Part shown: positions 1-10,084 of the stretch, piece after piece
How positions within the stretch are numbered: position 1 is the first letter of the stretch
Layout: each line of letters begins with the position of its first letter
IMG/VR virus record: IMGVR_UViG_3300042474_001633
Span: 32,001-96,000 of that record
Length of the DNA: 64,000 nucleotides
Direction: 5' to 3' (one strand)
DNA from: a virus
The notes under the pieces: model-generated
Databases searched by the model: none
Seen by the model: the letters and a program-made list of their open reading frames with translations, nothing else
Told to the model about the DNA's origin: nothing
Made by a program: the position numbers and the translations under genes

Positions 1-50
1 CTTCCAGATACGATTATTTCCATGCCTGGTAGTATAGTCGCATTACGCTT

Positions 51-1163
51 ATGGGCGCGTCCAAGTTTTCAGTCGGTTTTGTCTCCCAGGACTGGTCTCG
101 TGTCAATGAGGTCAATATCCCAAACGGGTGCACGTGGTACCGCTGTGCAGTACCGGCATCAATCCTCAATTCCGCTGGTTACTCTGCGCATGTCGGAATG
201 GCTTCTTCTACCGAACAGGGCCGTCTTGCCATATATCTAACCCCACCGTTTTACAAGCAACAGGGAATGATTTCTGGACATGACATCATCGTTTTAAAAG
301 TTGTCATGAACCGTAAAACAAAAGAAATTGTCGAAGCAGAAATGCGGGCTGGTAAAAAAATAGTTGTTGACATTGATGACTGGTTTGACGACCTTCCTGA
401 TACAAATAGGGCAAAACAGACGACTGACCCCGAAAAAAACCCCGACAATAACCGAGATATTTATTTTGAAATAATCGACATGGCTCATGCCATTATTTGC
501 TCAACCCAATTTCTATATGACCAGTATTCAGCGCGGTACCCATCAAAGCCCGTCTTTATGGTCAGGAATTCAATCGATATTGCTCGCTGGCCGCAGCGGA
601 AAATGCAGCCCAAACTCCCAGTCATCGGGTGGTGCGGTGCCACACCGTGGAGAGCAAATGACCTTGAGCAATTGGCGCCATTCATGAATGACTACCTAAA
701 GTCGCGGCATCTCACATTCCATCATGCAGGGCACATCCAGAACGCGCACAGCGTAGCAGAATTGATGCAGGTTGACCCAAGTATTGTGTGTCTTGAGCCA
801 ATGCAACCAATAACCAATCTTCCACAAATGTTGCAAAAGATAGACATCGGAATCGTCCCACTGAATGACCTACCATTCAATCACGCCAAGTCGTATCTAA
901 AGGGTCTTGAATACGCTGCAGCGGGTATCCCTTTTGTTGCTTCTGACCTACCGGAATACAGGTTGCTTGCAAAAAACGGAGTGGGACGAATCGCAACTAC
1001 AGCAGAAGAATGGATTAAACATCTTGATGAACTTCAGGAATACAAATTGCGCTTTGAAGAAGCACAAAATAACTACGGCATTGTTAAAGATAAATACTCA
1101 ATGACTTCAATGAGCAATAAATGGCTTTCTGTATTTCGTGAAATTATGGACATGAAGGTTTAG
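51..1163 (+). CDS. Glycosyltransferase (GT-B, GT4-like)
   Basis: 370 aa. N-terminal VVDIDD and C-terminal DIGIVPL...FNHAKSYLKGLEYAAAGIPFVASD motifs are typical of phage GT4-like enzymes. Confidence 0.85.
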   Translation: MGASKFSVGFVSQDWSRVNEVNIPNGCTWYRCAVPASILNSAGYSAHVGMASSTEQGRLAIYLTPPFYKQQGMISGHDIIVLKVVMNRKTKEIVEAEMRAGKKIVVDIDDWFDDLPDTNRAKQTTDPEKNPDNNRDIYFEIIDMAHAIICSTQFLYDQYSARYPSKPVFMVRNSIDIARWPQRKMQPKLPVIGWCGATPWRANDLEQLAPFMNDYLKSRHLTFHHAGHIQNAHSVAELMQVDPSIVCLEPMQPITNLPQMLQKIDIGIVPLNDLPFNHAKSYLKGLEYAAAGIPFVASDLPEYRLLAKNGVGRIATTAEEWIKHLDELQEYKLRFEEAQNNYGIVKDKYSMTSMSNKWLSVFREIMDMKV

Positions 1164-1326
1164 GGGCCAAAAACCGTGGCACTGCGCTACGACGCTTATT
1201 TCAAAAAACTTCTCACCCTTTGGGGTGATGGCTGGCATTCGGTTTAAAACATTACATCTAAGAAAAAAACAATGCCACACTCTGCAGAAACAAACGCAGA
1301 CAGGCAAGCCCCCAGAATTGATAAAT

Positions 1327-1935
1327 TCAGCCGACTACTGGGGCCTCTTCTTGACCAAATTCAATAACATAATCCTCCAATTTTTTAAGCCTCTCGTCTA
1401 GTTCTCCGGTTAATGGCTTATTTGTCCATCCGGAGATAATTGAATAACGTGTTGAGCCAGAAACAGGACTCACGCCATGTGAATGCTCGTTTTCCGTTTT
1501 AGCCACATAAATTGAGCCGGTTTTGGGCGTTACAATTTTTCCAAAATCTGGATACAAGGCCTCACCACCATCAAAATCGTCATTCAAAAAAACTACGCTT
1601 TCTGCAACTCGGCCAATTTCTGTTGCGAAATATTTAAACATAGGCTGTTGAGCTCCTGGTTCAATACGCAGAATCGCCATGAATTCTACATTTACATCAT
1701 GGCCAATAAATTTAGAAACATAATCCTGCATTTTACGAAAAATCTGCAAACATAGTCTATGTGATTGAACGGAAGAACAGCGGCGATGTTGAAGCGTGGT
1801 AAAAAAATCTATAATTCTTTCATCAAGAAATGAACCAGGATAATTGTCCCAATCATTTTGGCATTCGGCCATCAAAATTAATAGGTCGCACTCATCAGGG
1901 CTCAGAAAATCTTCTTTTTGTGCAATTGTTTTCAT
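1327..1935 (-). CDS. 2OG-Fe(II) oxygenase-like protein (prolyl-4-hydroxylase type), HxD apparently lost
   Basis: VVFLNDDFDGGE and HSHGV...GSTRY are present. The expected HxD position reads QQPMFKYF. Confidence 0.75.
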   Translation of the reverse strand: MKTIAQKEDFLSPDECDLLILMAECQNDWDNYPGSFLDERIIDFFTTLQHRRCSSVQSHRLCLQIFRKMQDYVSKFIGHDVNVEFMAILRIEPGAQQPMFKYFATEIGRVAESVVFLNDDFDGGEALYPDFGKIVTPKTGSIYVAKTENEHSHGVSPVSGSTRYSIISGWTNKPLTGELDERLKKLEDYVIEFGQEEAPVVG

Positions 1936-1942
1936 TTTATTG

Positions 1943-2590
1943 TTAACCCCGATTAATTATTTGACCCTTTAGGAGACTTCTCCTAAAGCTGCTGTATTCA
2001 TTATTGTAATCAAACATGGTTACCGCAGCATACTTGGTTCCCGTAATCACTGGCAGGCTTGCGTGGGAATAAATAAATGTTGACGGGAAAACAATAACAT
2101 CCCCAGCGGTTGGCTTGAGTTTGAGGTTCAACTTATCGAAAGATAATTCTCCACCTTCGTAATTATCGTTGTAATAAGCGATTGTTGAGATGGTGCACAC
2201 ATAATGATGCGCATGGTCTGAGTGGTAAGAAAAATGAGTTCCCTGTTTGTATTTTACAAAATTTACTGCTTCCATATAATTCATACTTATGCCGTATGAC
2301 CGAGAATAATCTTCAACGCAACCTCTAACTTGACTAATTGTTTCTTCATAAACTGAGACAATTTTGTCCTGCACATATGGGATTTCATTTGTTCCCATTT
2401 TAAAATCTTGACAATTTCTGTAACTTTCGTCTGGTACCTGCTCGTATCCAACAAGCGCAAGCGACCATTTATTGCACGACTGCTCATCGGTAAGGCACTG
2501 ATTTAGTAGTTCTGATGAGTCTGGGCCGAGTGTGGATTTATAAATTCTTATCCCCAGTTCTGGTGGTCCTAGGTTAACAAAGTCCATCAC
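1943..2590 (-). CDS. 2OG-Fe(II) oxygenase (P4H-like)
   Basis: YHSDH, YYNDNYEGGEL, HASLPVITGTKY. Confidence 0.88.
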   Translation of the reverse strand: MMDFVNLGPPELGIRIYKSTLGPDSSELLNQCLTDEQSCNKWSLALVGYEQVPDESYRNCQDFKMGTNEIPYVQDKIVSVYEETISQVRGCVEDYSRSYGISMNYMEAVNFVKYKQGTHFSYHSDHAHHYVCTISTIAYYNDNYEGGELSFDKLNLKLKPTAGDVIVFPSTFIYSHASLPVITGTKYAAVTMFDYNNEYSSFRRSLLKGQIINRG

Positions 2591-3408
2591 ATATTCCAGT
2601 TCGGGATTAAATTTCCAGTTTCTTCAACTGCGCCCATCATCCATTTTGATTCTTTGAATTCGCGAGCAAGCCTGTCCTTCTCCATTTCGCCCCAAATATC
2701 TTTGCCGTATTTGGTTTCGTTTGCTTTCCAACTATCGCTACCGTCATACTCGTATCCCCAGAACATGCGTATGAATAACTTACGGCTAGAGAGTGTTTTG
2801 CATACACCGTGGTAATACGGGTGATGTGCCGGGAGAATCAGCATATCGCCTGCCCGAGGTTTGTATTTAAAATGGACAAATGGGTCATTTTCAGAAATGT
2901 TATTTTCATCTGCGAATACCTTAAAAGCTATTTCTCCACCCTGGTAATCATCATTTACATAAAGTAGGCAGGTTATCCAAAATTTATAACCTGGGTTGTG
3001 TGTTTCGGCCATTTTGAAATCCGTGTGATACTGCATAGCAAGCGTTCCGTCTATTGGTTTTGCAGAATGAGTCAGCAAGAATGGGCCATAGTGCGACCAA
3101 TTGGGAATTTCAATTCCATATTTGGATACATACTGATTAGTAGTTTCATAAAAAATTGATGCAGTTTCCATTGCTACTGGGTTATTTGATATTATTGAAT
3201 AATTTGATTCCCATTCGTGTTTTGTTGGAAATGATGTAGAAAAGAAATTTGGATATCCGATAAAGTGGGTTTCTTTGCCGAGATTGTACCAATCGGTCCA
3301 GGGGTGAACATGCGGGGAACCGTCCGCTAATAGCGATTCAAAATTTTTCGAGTCCCCAATTGTGTCACGGAAGACAACTATTTTTGGATAAAGCTCTTCT
3401 TGATTCAC
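2587..3408 (-). CDS. 2OG-Fe(II) oxygenase (P4H-like)
   Basis: YHTDF, YVNDDYQGGEI, YYHGV. Confidence 0.85.
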   Translation of the reverse strand: MNQEELYPKIVVFRDTIGDSKNFESLLADGSPHVHPWTDWYNLGKETHFIGYPNFFSTSFPTKHEWESNYSIISNNPVAMETASIFYETTNQYVSKYGIEIPNWSHYGPFLLTHSAKPIDGTLAMQYHTDFKMAETHNPGYKFWITCLLYVNDDYQGGEIAFKVFADENNISENDPFVHFKYKPRAGDMLILPAHHPYYHGVCKTLSSRKLFIRMFWGYEYDGSDSWKANETKYGKDIWGEMEKDRLAREFKESKWMMGAVEETGNLIPNWNM

Positions 3409-3998
3409 AAAACACTCCGAATTCCTGTCACTGTCCAGAACGTGGACACTGTGTATCTTATCCCATCGGTAACCGTATTGACTCCATGGATAAAGTTTAT
3501 GTCGCCGGGGAAAATTATCAGCATGTTTCTGACTGGTTTTGCTGTGAATGATTGAATCGGGAAAAATATTTCTCCTCCTTTGAAATCATTATTGAGATAA
3601 AATACTGACGATAGGTCGTATGTTGGACAACAGTTTTTGCTTCCATCAAGTTCCTGTTTATCGGCATGTGGTGCTTGCTCATCACCAACTTGCCATCTAT
3701 TTAGCTGAGCTCCAGTTGAGTCGGCCAAAATGTCAAACGTAGTTTGAAGTATGTTTTTCGTTTTGATATATAGATTTTCGTAAATGTTCTTCGCTATAGG
3801 CTCAGTAAAATCTCTATGTACCCTGTCGGACCATTGATGATGGCCGTATACGGCAGACCAATCGTCATTACACTTTGCATAGCGAAGCAATTCTGCGAGC
3901 TCATCGGTCGGTAGTAAATTTTCAAAAATGTGTATATTGTCCACAGAATCACCCCAATACCCAGAGGGGGTTAGCTCAATTCTGGTGCTGTAATTCAT
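3405..3998 (-). CDS. 2OG-Fe(II) oxygenase (P4H-like)
   Basis: PHADK, FYLNNDFKGGEI, IHGV...GIRY. Start moved to ATG 3998 to reduce overlap with the upstream gene. Confidence 0.88.
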   Translation of the reverse strand: MNYSTRIELTPSGYWGDSVDNIHIFENLLPTDELAELLRYAKCNDDWSAVYGHHQWSDRVHRDFTEPIAKNIYENLYIKTKNILQTTFDILADSTGAQLNRWQVGDEQAPHADKQELDGSKNCCPTYDLSSVFYLNNDFKGGEIFFPIQSFTAKPVRNMLIIFPGDINFIHGVNTVTDGIRYTVSTFWTVTGIRSVL

Positions 3999-4491
3999 AA
4001 TTAACTGATGGGTTTTTTGTTTCGCTGCCATAAACAAAACATGTCAACATATACCTAGTTCCACTAGAAACAGTGCTGACCAGGTGTGGCTCATCACCGG
4101 CATGAACAACCAATTGTGATGCAGATGGTCGCCAAACAGTGTTAAGACGCGGGTACACGAGGTCCCCACCCTCAAAGTTATCATTCAGATATACAACGCA
4201 TCCGAATCTGCATGTCTTCTGATAGTTGTCAGTGTGTTCTCCCATTCCACCACCCTGGGAGATTCTTTGTATTCCACAAAATGGGCTTATAAAATCATAA
4301 TCATCAAAATATAATTTAATTCGCTCATTTAACAAATCAAATATTGGTGATTGAAATGGGAATCTATTGCCAACCCAATATTCCCCACCACCATTTTGTA
4401 TTGACCAATCACTGCTACTCGCAGAATATGCGGTGCAGAGCAACTCAAGTCTTTCGTCTTCAGTTAGAAAAGAGTCGATGTGTAAAAGCAT
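3976..4491 (-). CDS. 2OG-Fe(II) oxygenase (P4H-like)
   Basis: EHTDN, VYLNDNFEGGDL, PHLV...GTRY. Confidence 0.88.
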   Translation of the reverse strand: MLLHIDSFLTEDERLELLCTAYSASSSDWSIQNGGGEYWVGNRFPFQSPIFDLLNERIKLYFDDYDFISPFCGIQRISQGGGMGEHTDNYQKTCRFGCVVYLNDNFEGGDLVYPRLNTVWRPSASQLVVHAGDEPHLVSTVSSGTRYMLTCFVYGSETKNPSVNYELQHQN

Positions 4492-4512
4492 GTATGGAAC
4501 CGCATTCCACTA

Positions 4513-4758
4513 TCACCACTTGTTTAGTGGGCAAACTGCAGTATTGAGTTTTGTCTTTAATGACATGAAGCAGCCACACTCTTTGCATTGTTTTGTCAAC
4601 TTAATTAATTTTGGGCACGCTTCGCAAATCTGCATTCTAGTACTGGCAATTTCGTCTGTTGTGTAATTTGACTTATCCAACAAGTCGGTTGGCAATACCT
4701 TTGCCCCATTTTGTAATTGCATTTGTCTTCTTTTTTTGAATTCCTCGTAGGCGGTCAT
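4513..4758 (-). CDS. Small Cys-rich protein (DUF6171-like)
   Basis: RMQICEACP...QCKECGCFM...KTKL...CPLNKW. Confidence 0.6.
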   Translation of the reverse strand: MTAYEEFKKRRQMQLQNGAKVLPTDLLDKSNYTTDEIASTRMQICEACPKLIKLTKQCKECGCFMSLKTKLNTAVCPLNKW

Positions 4759-5225
4759 TATGTCACTGCTCCTGGTTCGTTGAATTTTTTAACATATTTA
4801 TTCGCAAAATTAGCGCTTGCCAGTGTCACAGTAGTGTCTGACCATGATTTTTTGTAGTCAAAGTCTTCTGTTTCTTCGTTTTCAAGAATGTAGTCAGCAA
4901 CTTTTGTTCCTATTCCTTGTCGTTGGTGGTCTGGGTGAACATCAAAAATAAAGGGTTTATATATATTTTGTTCTTCGTTATAGTATCTAGCTACTACACA
5001 AAGAAGTTGTCCATCTTCTCCTCGATACAGGAAGGTTTCTACATTTATTTCATTATTGTGACCGAAAATATTGGGGAATCTTGCTGGAAGTATTTGTTTA
5101 GAGAAGCCTGGGGTGCCAAATTCCCCAAATTTTGCTTCAAAGAAAGACCATGTAGTGAAAAAACTTTCCTCTGTTCTTTCTATAGTTGGCAGCAAATCTT
5201 GCCATGATGCATTTTTTTTAATCAT
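4758..5225 (-). CDS. GNAT-family acetyltransferase
   Basis: Acetyl-CoA binding motif A: VHPDHQRQGIGT. Confidence 0.75.
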   Translation of the reverse strand: MIKKNASWQDLLPTIERTEESFFTTWSFFEAKFGEFGTPGFSKQILPARFPNIFGHNNEINVETFLYRGEDGQLLCVVARYYNEEQNIYKPFIFDVHPDHQRQGIGTKVADYILENEETEDFDYKKSWSDTTVTLASANFANKYVKKFNEPGAVT

Positions 5226-5282
5226 AAGTCAATCATTCGCTCCCATCTTTTTTGTGTCGTATATTTTTATTCACCGACCACA

Positions 5283-5984
5283 TTATAGGCATCCTTCCTC
5301 GCCATTTCCCTTGATGTCAATGCATCCTGAACCGCTGCCACCGCCACAGGAGGCACAGTTGCCGGTCGGTGGAAAACTGGGCGTTGGAAAACTGGGCGTT
5401 GGAAAACTGGGGGTTGGAAAACTGGGGGTTGGTGCCACATAGCCACAGCAACCATTTCTAAGCGCTCCGTAATACCCACCCTCATAACCCGGACAACCTT
5501 GACACCAGTATTCATATGAAGTCTCGCCGGAGCAAGTATATCCGCAGCCATCGCCGTCAACACACCCGGCGTTACCGCCGCAACTCCTCGAGCAGTTGCT
5601 GGATGGCGGGTCTCCGGTTGGATACCCAGGGGGTGGACAGCTTGCTGGCGGGAAGGAAGGCGCTGGCGGGAAAGAAGGAGCTGGCGCCGCCGGTGTGGCC
5701 GAGTTGGATGCAGTTGATACAGCGCTCACCCCGTATCCAGTAACCGTGGTGACCGTAAATGTGTAAGCAGTTCCATTGCTTAAACCAGTCACCGTTATGG
5801 GCGAACTAGAACCACTTCCCGTAAAACCTCCGGGGGATGAAGTTGCCACATAGGTTGCAACACCTTTACCGTCGTATGCTGGAAGAGTAAAAGAAACAGT
5901 TGCTTGACCGTTGCCCGCACTAGCCGAAACAGATGTCGGCGCATCAGAGAACTTTCCCTGACTAGAAGTATTTCCCGGTATCAT
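5283..5984 (-). CDS. Fibronectin type III protein with Pro-rich (PSFP) repeats and a Cys-rich C-terminus; probable virion fibre or decoration protein
   Basis: Fn3 signature APTSVSASAGNGQATVSFT...ITVTGLSNGTAYTFTVT. Six PSFP units and many Cys. Coupled to the upstream fibre gene by an ATGA overlap. Confidence 0.75.
   Translation of the reverse strand: MIPGNTSSQGKFSDAPTSVSASAGNGQATVSFTLPAYDGKGVATYVATSSPGGFTGSGSSSPITVTGLSNGTAYTFTVTTVTGYGVSAVSTASNSATPAAPAPSFPPAPSFPPASCPPPGYPTGDPPSSNCSRSCGGNAGCVDGDGCGYTCSGETSYEYWCQGCPGYEGGYYGALRNGCCGYVAPTPSFPTPSFPTPSFPTPSFPPTGNCASCGGGSGSGCIDIKGNGEEGCL
5371..5430 (-). repeat. Tandem 15-bp coding repeat x4 (encodes TPSFP)
   Basis: GGAAAACTGGG(C/G)GTT repeated four times on the plus strand. 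A related 18-bp unit (APSFPP) occurs about twice near 5645-5686. Confidence 0.95.
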
Positions 5985-7042
5985 GAAGCACTCAAGTCAC
6001 CCATCAACATCCAGGTGTTCGCCGCGGCGCACTTCAGCAAAGTTGCCGATGAATATTGTGCACGTAAGTAGGCGCCAGGAGTTGAATAAAGTATTACTGA
6101 CCCCGAGGCACCAACAATTTGCGTCTTGCCTGTTCCGTATTGAATAATATGAATCTGTGCGCCTTCAGGGAAGGTAACTGTTGAGTCAAGAGGAACGGTA
6201 ACAGTATTTGCGGTGCTTGTTATGTTCATTTTAATGAACTTGTTCTTGTCTGTGAGTTGAAGTGTGTAGTTTCCTGTTTTGATGTCAATAGTCGCATCAG
6301 CCAATTTACCTAAGCCAATTGCAGCGGTTGTGCTGATGTCTGCATCGACAATGGTTTGATTAGCAATCATTGTTGATGTAACAGTTCCGCTATCTCCAGC
6401 AGTAATTGCTGTTCCAGAAATCTTGGTCTTGTCAATCGCTGCAGATGCATTTATATCTGCGTCGACTATTTTACCTGGCCCAATCTCAACGACGCCAGAA
6501 GAGTCGATTGTCACATCTCCAGAAATTGTTGTATAGGTAGGGGTTCCAGAACTGTTGGCTATTACAACCTGTGCTGCGGTTCCGGAAGCAATCTTACTTA
6601 ATGCTATCGCTGCATTGTTTGCAACGTCAGCATTGGTAATCGTTGAATCAAGAATTGCCACAGAAGTAATTCCAGTTAAAACCCAGTTGTTTGTTTCGCG
6701 CTTAACCAACTGTGCTTTTTGCCATGCAGAAGTCAAAGAGGTTATTCCTCCAGTTGCTTCGATTGTCACTCCAGTGTCACCAAAAATCTGCACCGTTGCA
6801 GAAGAACTGCTAATTATCTCAAGCACATCGCCAAGACTGAAGGCAACGGATGAGTTGGTCGGTATCGTTACGGTCGTTCCACCAGCATTTTGGAACTCAA
6901 GAAGCTGACCACGGTCTTCAAGAACGGCCGTGTATGTCGCCGCGGTAACTATTTTTCTCGTATAGTTAAAATCGCTTGCCTGCAGCGCATTCATTGCGCC
7001 GGCCGTCAACGTCTGTCCAGCTGTAAATTGTTGAATAGCCAT
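5981..7042 (-). CDS. Tail fibre-like protein with a duplicated beta domain
   Basis: N-terminal FTAGQTLTAGAMN. Two homologous YT...D...VTxP...F..G..I.I modules. Repeated I.DADI..A.I..SKI units. Confidence 0.7.
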   Translation of the reverse strand: MAIQQFTAGQTLTAGAMNALQASDFNYTRKIVTAATYTAVLEDRGQLLEFQNAGGTTVTIPTNSSVAFSLGDVLEIISSSSATVQIFGDTGVTIEATGGITSLTSAWQKAQLVKRETNNWVLTGITSVAILDSTITNADVANNAAIALSKIASGTAAQVVIANSSGTPTYTTISGDVTIDSSGVVEIGPGKIVDADINASAAIDKTKISGTAITAGDSGTVTSTMIANQTIVDADISTTAAIGLGKLADATIDIKTGNYTLQLTDKNKFIKMNITSTANTVTVPLDSTVTFPEGAQIHIIQYGTGKTQIVGASGSVILYSTPGAYLRAQYSSATLLKCAAANTWMLMGDLSAS

Positions 7043-7096
7043 AAATCACCTGCCAAATATCGTTGATTTAATATTGTACTTCATATAACGCCTTTA

Positions 7097-7345
7097 CTAA
7101 TTTTCCAAATCTTCGTCTTCTGAGCGGTTAAAGTCTCCGGCCATCATCATTTGTTGTGCATACCTTAGCATTCCATCTGCAGCCCACGGAGAAAGACCCT
7201 CTGAAACAGAAACTGAAAGCTCGCTTGTCTCTTCGTCTGCGACCTCGGCAACGATAATAAAATTAGTGACAAGTCTTGACGGCATAATATTTTTCATAAT
7301 CGAATTAAACAAGTTTTGCAGTGTCTGGTCTTCATCTTCCTGCAT
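7097..7345 (-). CDS. Hypothetical acidic protein
   Basis: 82-aa ORF in the operon direction, filling the gap between structural genes. Confidence 0.65.
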   Translation of the reverse strand: MQEDEDQTLQNLFNSIMKNIMPSRLVTNFIIVAEVADEETSELSVSVSEGLSPWAADGMLRYAQQMMMAGDFNRSEDEDLEN

Positions 7346-7347
7346 GT

Positions 7348-8592
7348 CTACTCCACGTACTCATGGGTTATTTTCGTGCCAAGTGGTCTTGCGGGTTCGA
7401 TAGATTCAAGAATTATTACCGAAGATTGCCCAATCACCTCAGGACCGATGGCCCCAATGGTCTCGGACCATTTTGTTTGTATATTTATTTCATAAGGCGC
7501 AGTGTCGTAGTCATATGTGACATATACCGTCTTGGTGTTGATTAACTGAAGTTTGGCCGCTTCAGTTAATGCATTTAGAGTTCCCGCATTCTTTCCGTAG
7601 TATCCAGTTTCGAGCTGCCATCTGAGCAACGTCTCTTGAGCATCGATGTCGAGAAGTGGCGGATTAAGCTCGGTAAAACTGGTTAAACGTAATTGGTCTT
7701 CTGAATTCAAGTCGCTACTCCCCAGAATAAATGCATCGGAAACTATCTCTGGAGAAAAATCAAATCTGGTTATCGGCTGTGTTCCGCTAAATTTGCATAG
7801 CCAAATCAATGTTTCGAGTTCCGCGACCGAAGAATCCACAAGGGTGCTTTTTGTCAGCGAGTCAGAAAAAGAAAATCCCTCTTCTGTATCGACATACGCA
7901 AATTCACGTGTTAACTCCAATGATTCCCCAAGACCCAAGGTTGCTATGTCTATTAGTCGCAACATTGCCCTGTCTGGAGTTGTTTCTGCATCCAAATCTG
8001 CTTGAAACATAACGTCCGGCAAGAAAGAAGCAACTAAAGCTACTGACTCGTTCGCCGAAGAAAATTCGTAGGCGGGGTAAACCGCTGGGGTTGTAAAATA
8101 AAATGTTTCGTCAGGGTTGTTCGGCTCAAATATTATATCAATATTTATTGCGGGGAGTTGTTGGTTGCTTTCAAGTTGGAACATGTTGCTTCTAAAGATG
8201 TTCCATTGTGGTGAGAGTATTCCTGGAGCATTAATTACCGCATCCGATTGACTCAAATTCAATGCTGTTGTTGTTGTTGTTCCACTAACTAGGTCAACGT
8301 CGGAAATACTGCAAGTAACCAGTCCCCCAGATGGCATTTTTACAGCAAACAAAAAAACAATATCCTGATTAAAATCTCCCACTTCGAGTTGAATGTCTTC
8401 GTGGAAGAGTGTTCCAGATTGATTGCCGGCTGAAACTTTTAGCGATATTTGTTTGAATTCGGAAAAGCCATCAAACAATTCAGACGAACCGCCTTGCCCA
8501 ATTTCGAGATTTGAAACACTCCAAAAATCTTCATCATAAATATTTTGGAGTTTTGCCAGGGAATTGGTAAGTCGGTTACGAACTCCAACCAT
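7348..8592 (-). CDS. Baseplate wedge / tail protein (P2 gpI-like position)
   Basis: Follows baseplate J. C-terminal GTLNALTEAAK...PARPLGTKITH. Confidence 0.6.
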   Translation of the reverse strand: MVGVRNRLTNSLAKLQNIYDEDFWSVSNLEIGQGGSSELFDGFSEFKQISLKVSAGNQSGTLFHEDIQLEVGDFNQDIVFLFAVKMPSGGLVTCSISDVDLVSGTTTTTALNLSQSDAVINAPGILSPQWNIFRSNMFQLESNQQLPAINIDIIFEPNNPDETFYFTTPAVYPAYEFSSANESVALVASFLPDVMFQADLDAETTPDRAMLRLIDIATLGLGESLELTREFAYVDTEEGFSFSDSLTKSTLVDSSVAELETLIWLCKFSGTQPITRFDFSPEIVSDAFILGSSDLNSEDQLRLTSFTELNPPLLDIDAQETLLRWQLETGYYGKNAGTLNALTEAAKLQLINTKTVYVTYDYDTAPYEINIQTKWSETIGAIGPEVIGQSSVIILESIEPARPLGTKITHEYVE

Positions 8593-10083
8593 TTAGAGCA
8601 CTACCACTTCTACCGTGGCTCGAGGGAGTACGCCGTAATACCCAATCTCATAGCCAATTATGCTTCCAGCAAGATTAACTTCTGTTCCCAGAAGCTCATT
8701 TCCTGGATACTCCGCCGCAGGATAAGTTGGAACACTGGTTCCAACACTGTAAACATAATCAACGCCGGCAACTTTGCTAGCAGCCACAACAATGTCAAAT
8801 ATTCTTACTGTGGTATTCCAGTTTGGCCATTCTGCGAGAGAAAGCAATGTTTCTATTTCTGACGCTACGGCAGTTGCAACGGAGTTGGCTCCAAACTCTG
8901 GATTGATAGAAATTGTCGCTGTCACCGCTATGTCAAACGGGTAGGCGTCGAGGAGCGAAAATTCTAGACCCGCAGGTATGCGCTCGGCTACCGCTTCAAC
9001 AATCTCTGCTTTTAGGGTGGATGTTAATGGTGAGCCCCCAGAGTCGCACGCATATATCACGAAGTATCCCGGGGAGTCACCTTCGAAGGCATGTTCGATT
9101 GAGTTCATTGAAACAACCGATATTGGTCCAGCGACGCCGCTTGCCGCAGTATTTATATTCGTGAACTCAACACTTGAGCTACCAGAAGATGCACCCTGAT
9201 AAACACCTGTTTTAATTATTGATTGATACGTGGTGTCCCCGTAGTAGTCGGGCGCCAACACCATAAAAAGGTCGGTATTAAAGTCATTGCACAGGTCAAT
9301 GAAATCAGCACTGGTTGAAACGGTGGCCACATCAGATTCGCTGTTGAAACCATTTAAAAATCCCGCGGAAGCAGAGAAATTAACGGCTTTCGAGACGTCA
9401 TAGACCTTGCATCTATACACATCAACAAAGTTGGTAAGAATGTATTTTTCTACTTGGGAACCAGTTGCAAGCACTGAGCTAAGGCTTTCCAAGTGAGACG
9501 TTCCCCTACTGAAATACTCAGTTGTTGTCTCGGCTAGCGAGCCCTGCGAAACATTGCCACTGGTGTGAACATCCAGGATTGCTGCACTTGGTTGAGCCAG
9601 GACAAGCTGTGTCCCAGAAGCAATTGTCGGCAGGACTCCAGCAGTCAGCGACGTTGCGTTGACGGTCACCGTTGTAGAGGCTGAATTAGCAACTACGGTG
9701 CTATCGGTTGAAAATGGATACTGAATAACATCGTCACCACTAACTATTTCATATACCGCCAACGTTTCGGCTGGAACAATACCACCAGCTTCAGACAAGG
9801 TAAATTCCAGCCCGACAGAGCCAAAAGTTGCTTCTTTGCGCAAAATGTCCAGGTACCTAAGAACGCCCTCCATAATTCCATCAGGCAGACGATTTATGTT
9901 TCCAAGATTCAACGAACCTATATAGGCACCCGCCTGAAGTATGGCATCTTCGATTGTCCCTGGTCTTGGCGAAAATTCAGGCATTGCAAGGCGCGCATAA
10001 TCAACAGCCTCGTCATATATGTCACCGGGCTGTTTGTCGTTAATCGTGAGGTCGATGTAGTCTGAAAAATCTGGTGATGGCAT
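8593..10083 (-). CDS. Baseplate J-like protein
   Basis: PEFSPRPGTIEDAIL, ETTTEYFSR and KVAGVDYV patterns. Lies directly after a gp25-like gene. Confidence 0.8.
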   Translation of the reverse strand: MPSPDFSDYIDLTINDKQPGDIYDEAVDYARLAMPEFSPRPGTIEDAILQAGAYIGSLNLGNINRLPDGIMEGVLRYLDILRKEATFGSVGLEFTLSEAGGIVPAETLAVYEIVSGDDVIQYPFSTDSTVVANSASTTVTVNATSLTAGVLPTIASGTQLVLAQPSAAILDVHTSGNVSQGSLAETTTEYFSRGTSHLESLSSVLATGSQVEKYILTNFVDVYRCKVYDVSKAVNFSASAGFLNGFNSESDVATVSTSADFIDLCNDFNTDLFMVLAPDYYGDTTYQSIIKTGVYQGASSGSSSVEFTNINTAASGVAGPISVVSMNSIEHAFEGDSPGYFVIYACDSGGSPLTSTLKAEIVEAVAERIPAGLEFSLLDAYPFDIAVTATISINPEFGANSVATAVASEIETLLSLAEWPNWNTTVRIFDIVVAASKVAGVDYVYSVGTSVPTYPAAEYPGNELLGTEVNLAGSIIGYEIGYYGVLPRATVEVVVL

Positions 10084-10084
10084 A

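Noticed and set aside
1164-1326. Small ORF or RNA between the glycosyltransferase and the oxygenases
   Set aside because: No convincing start, RBS or stable structure beyond a short hairpin
5371-5430. CRISPR-like array
   Set aside because: Contiguous 15-bp in-frame coding repeats with no spacers
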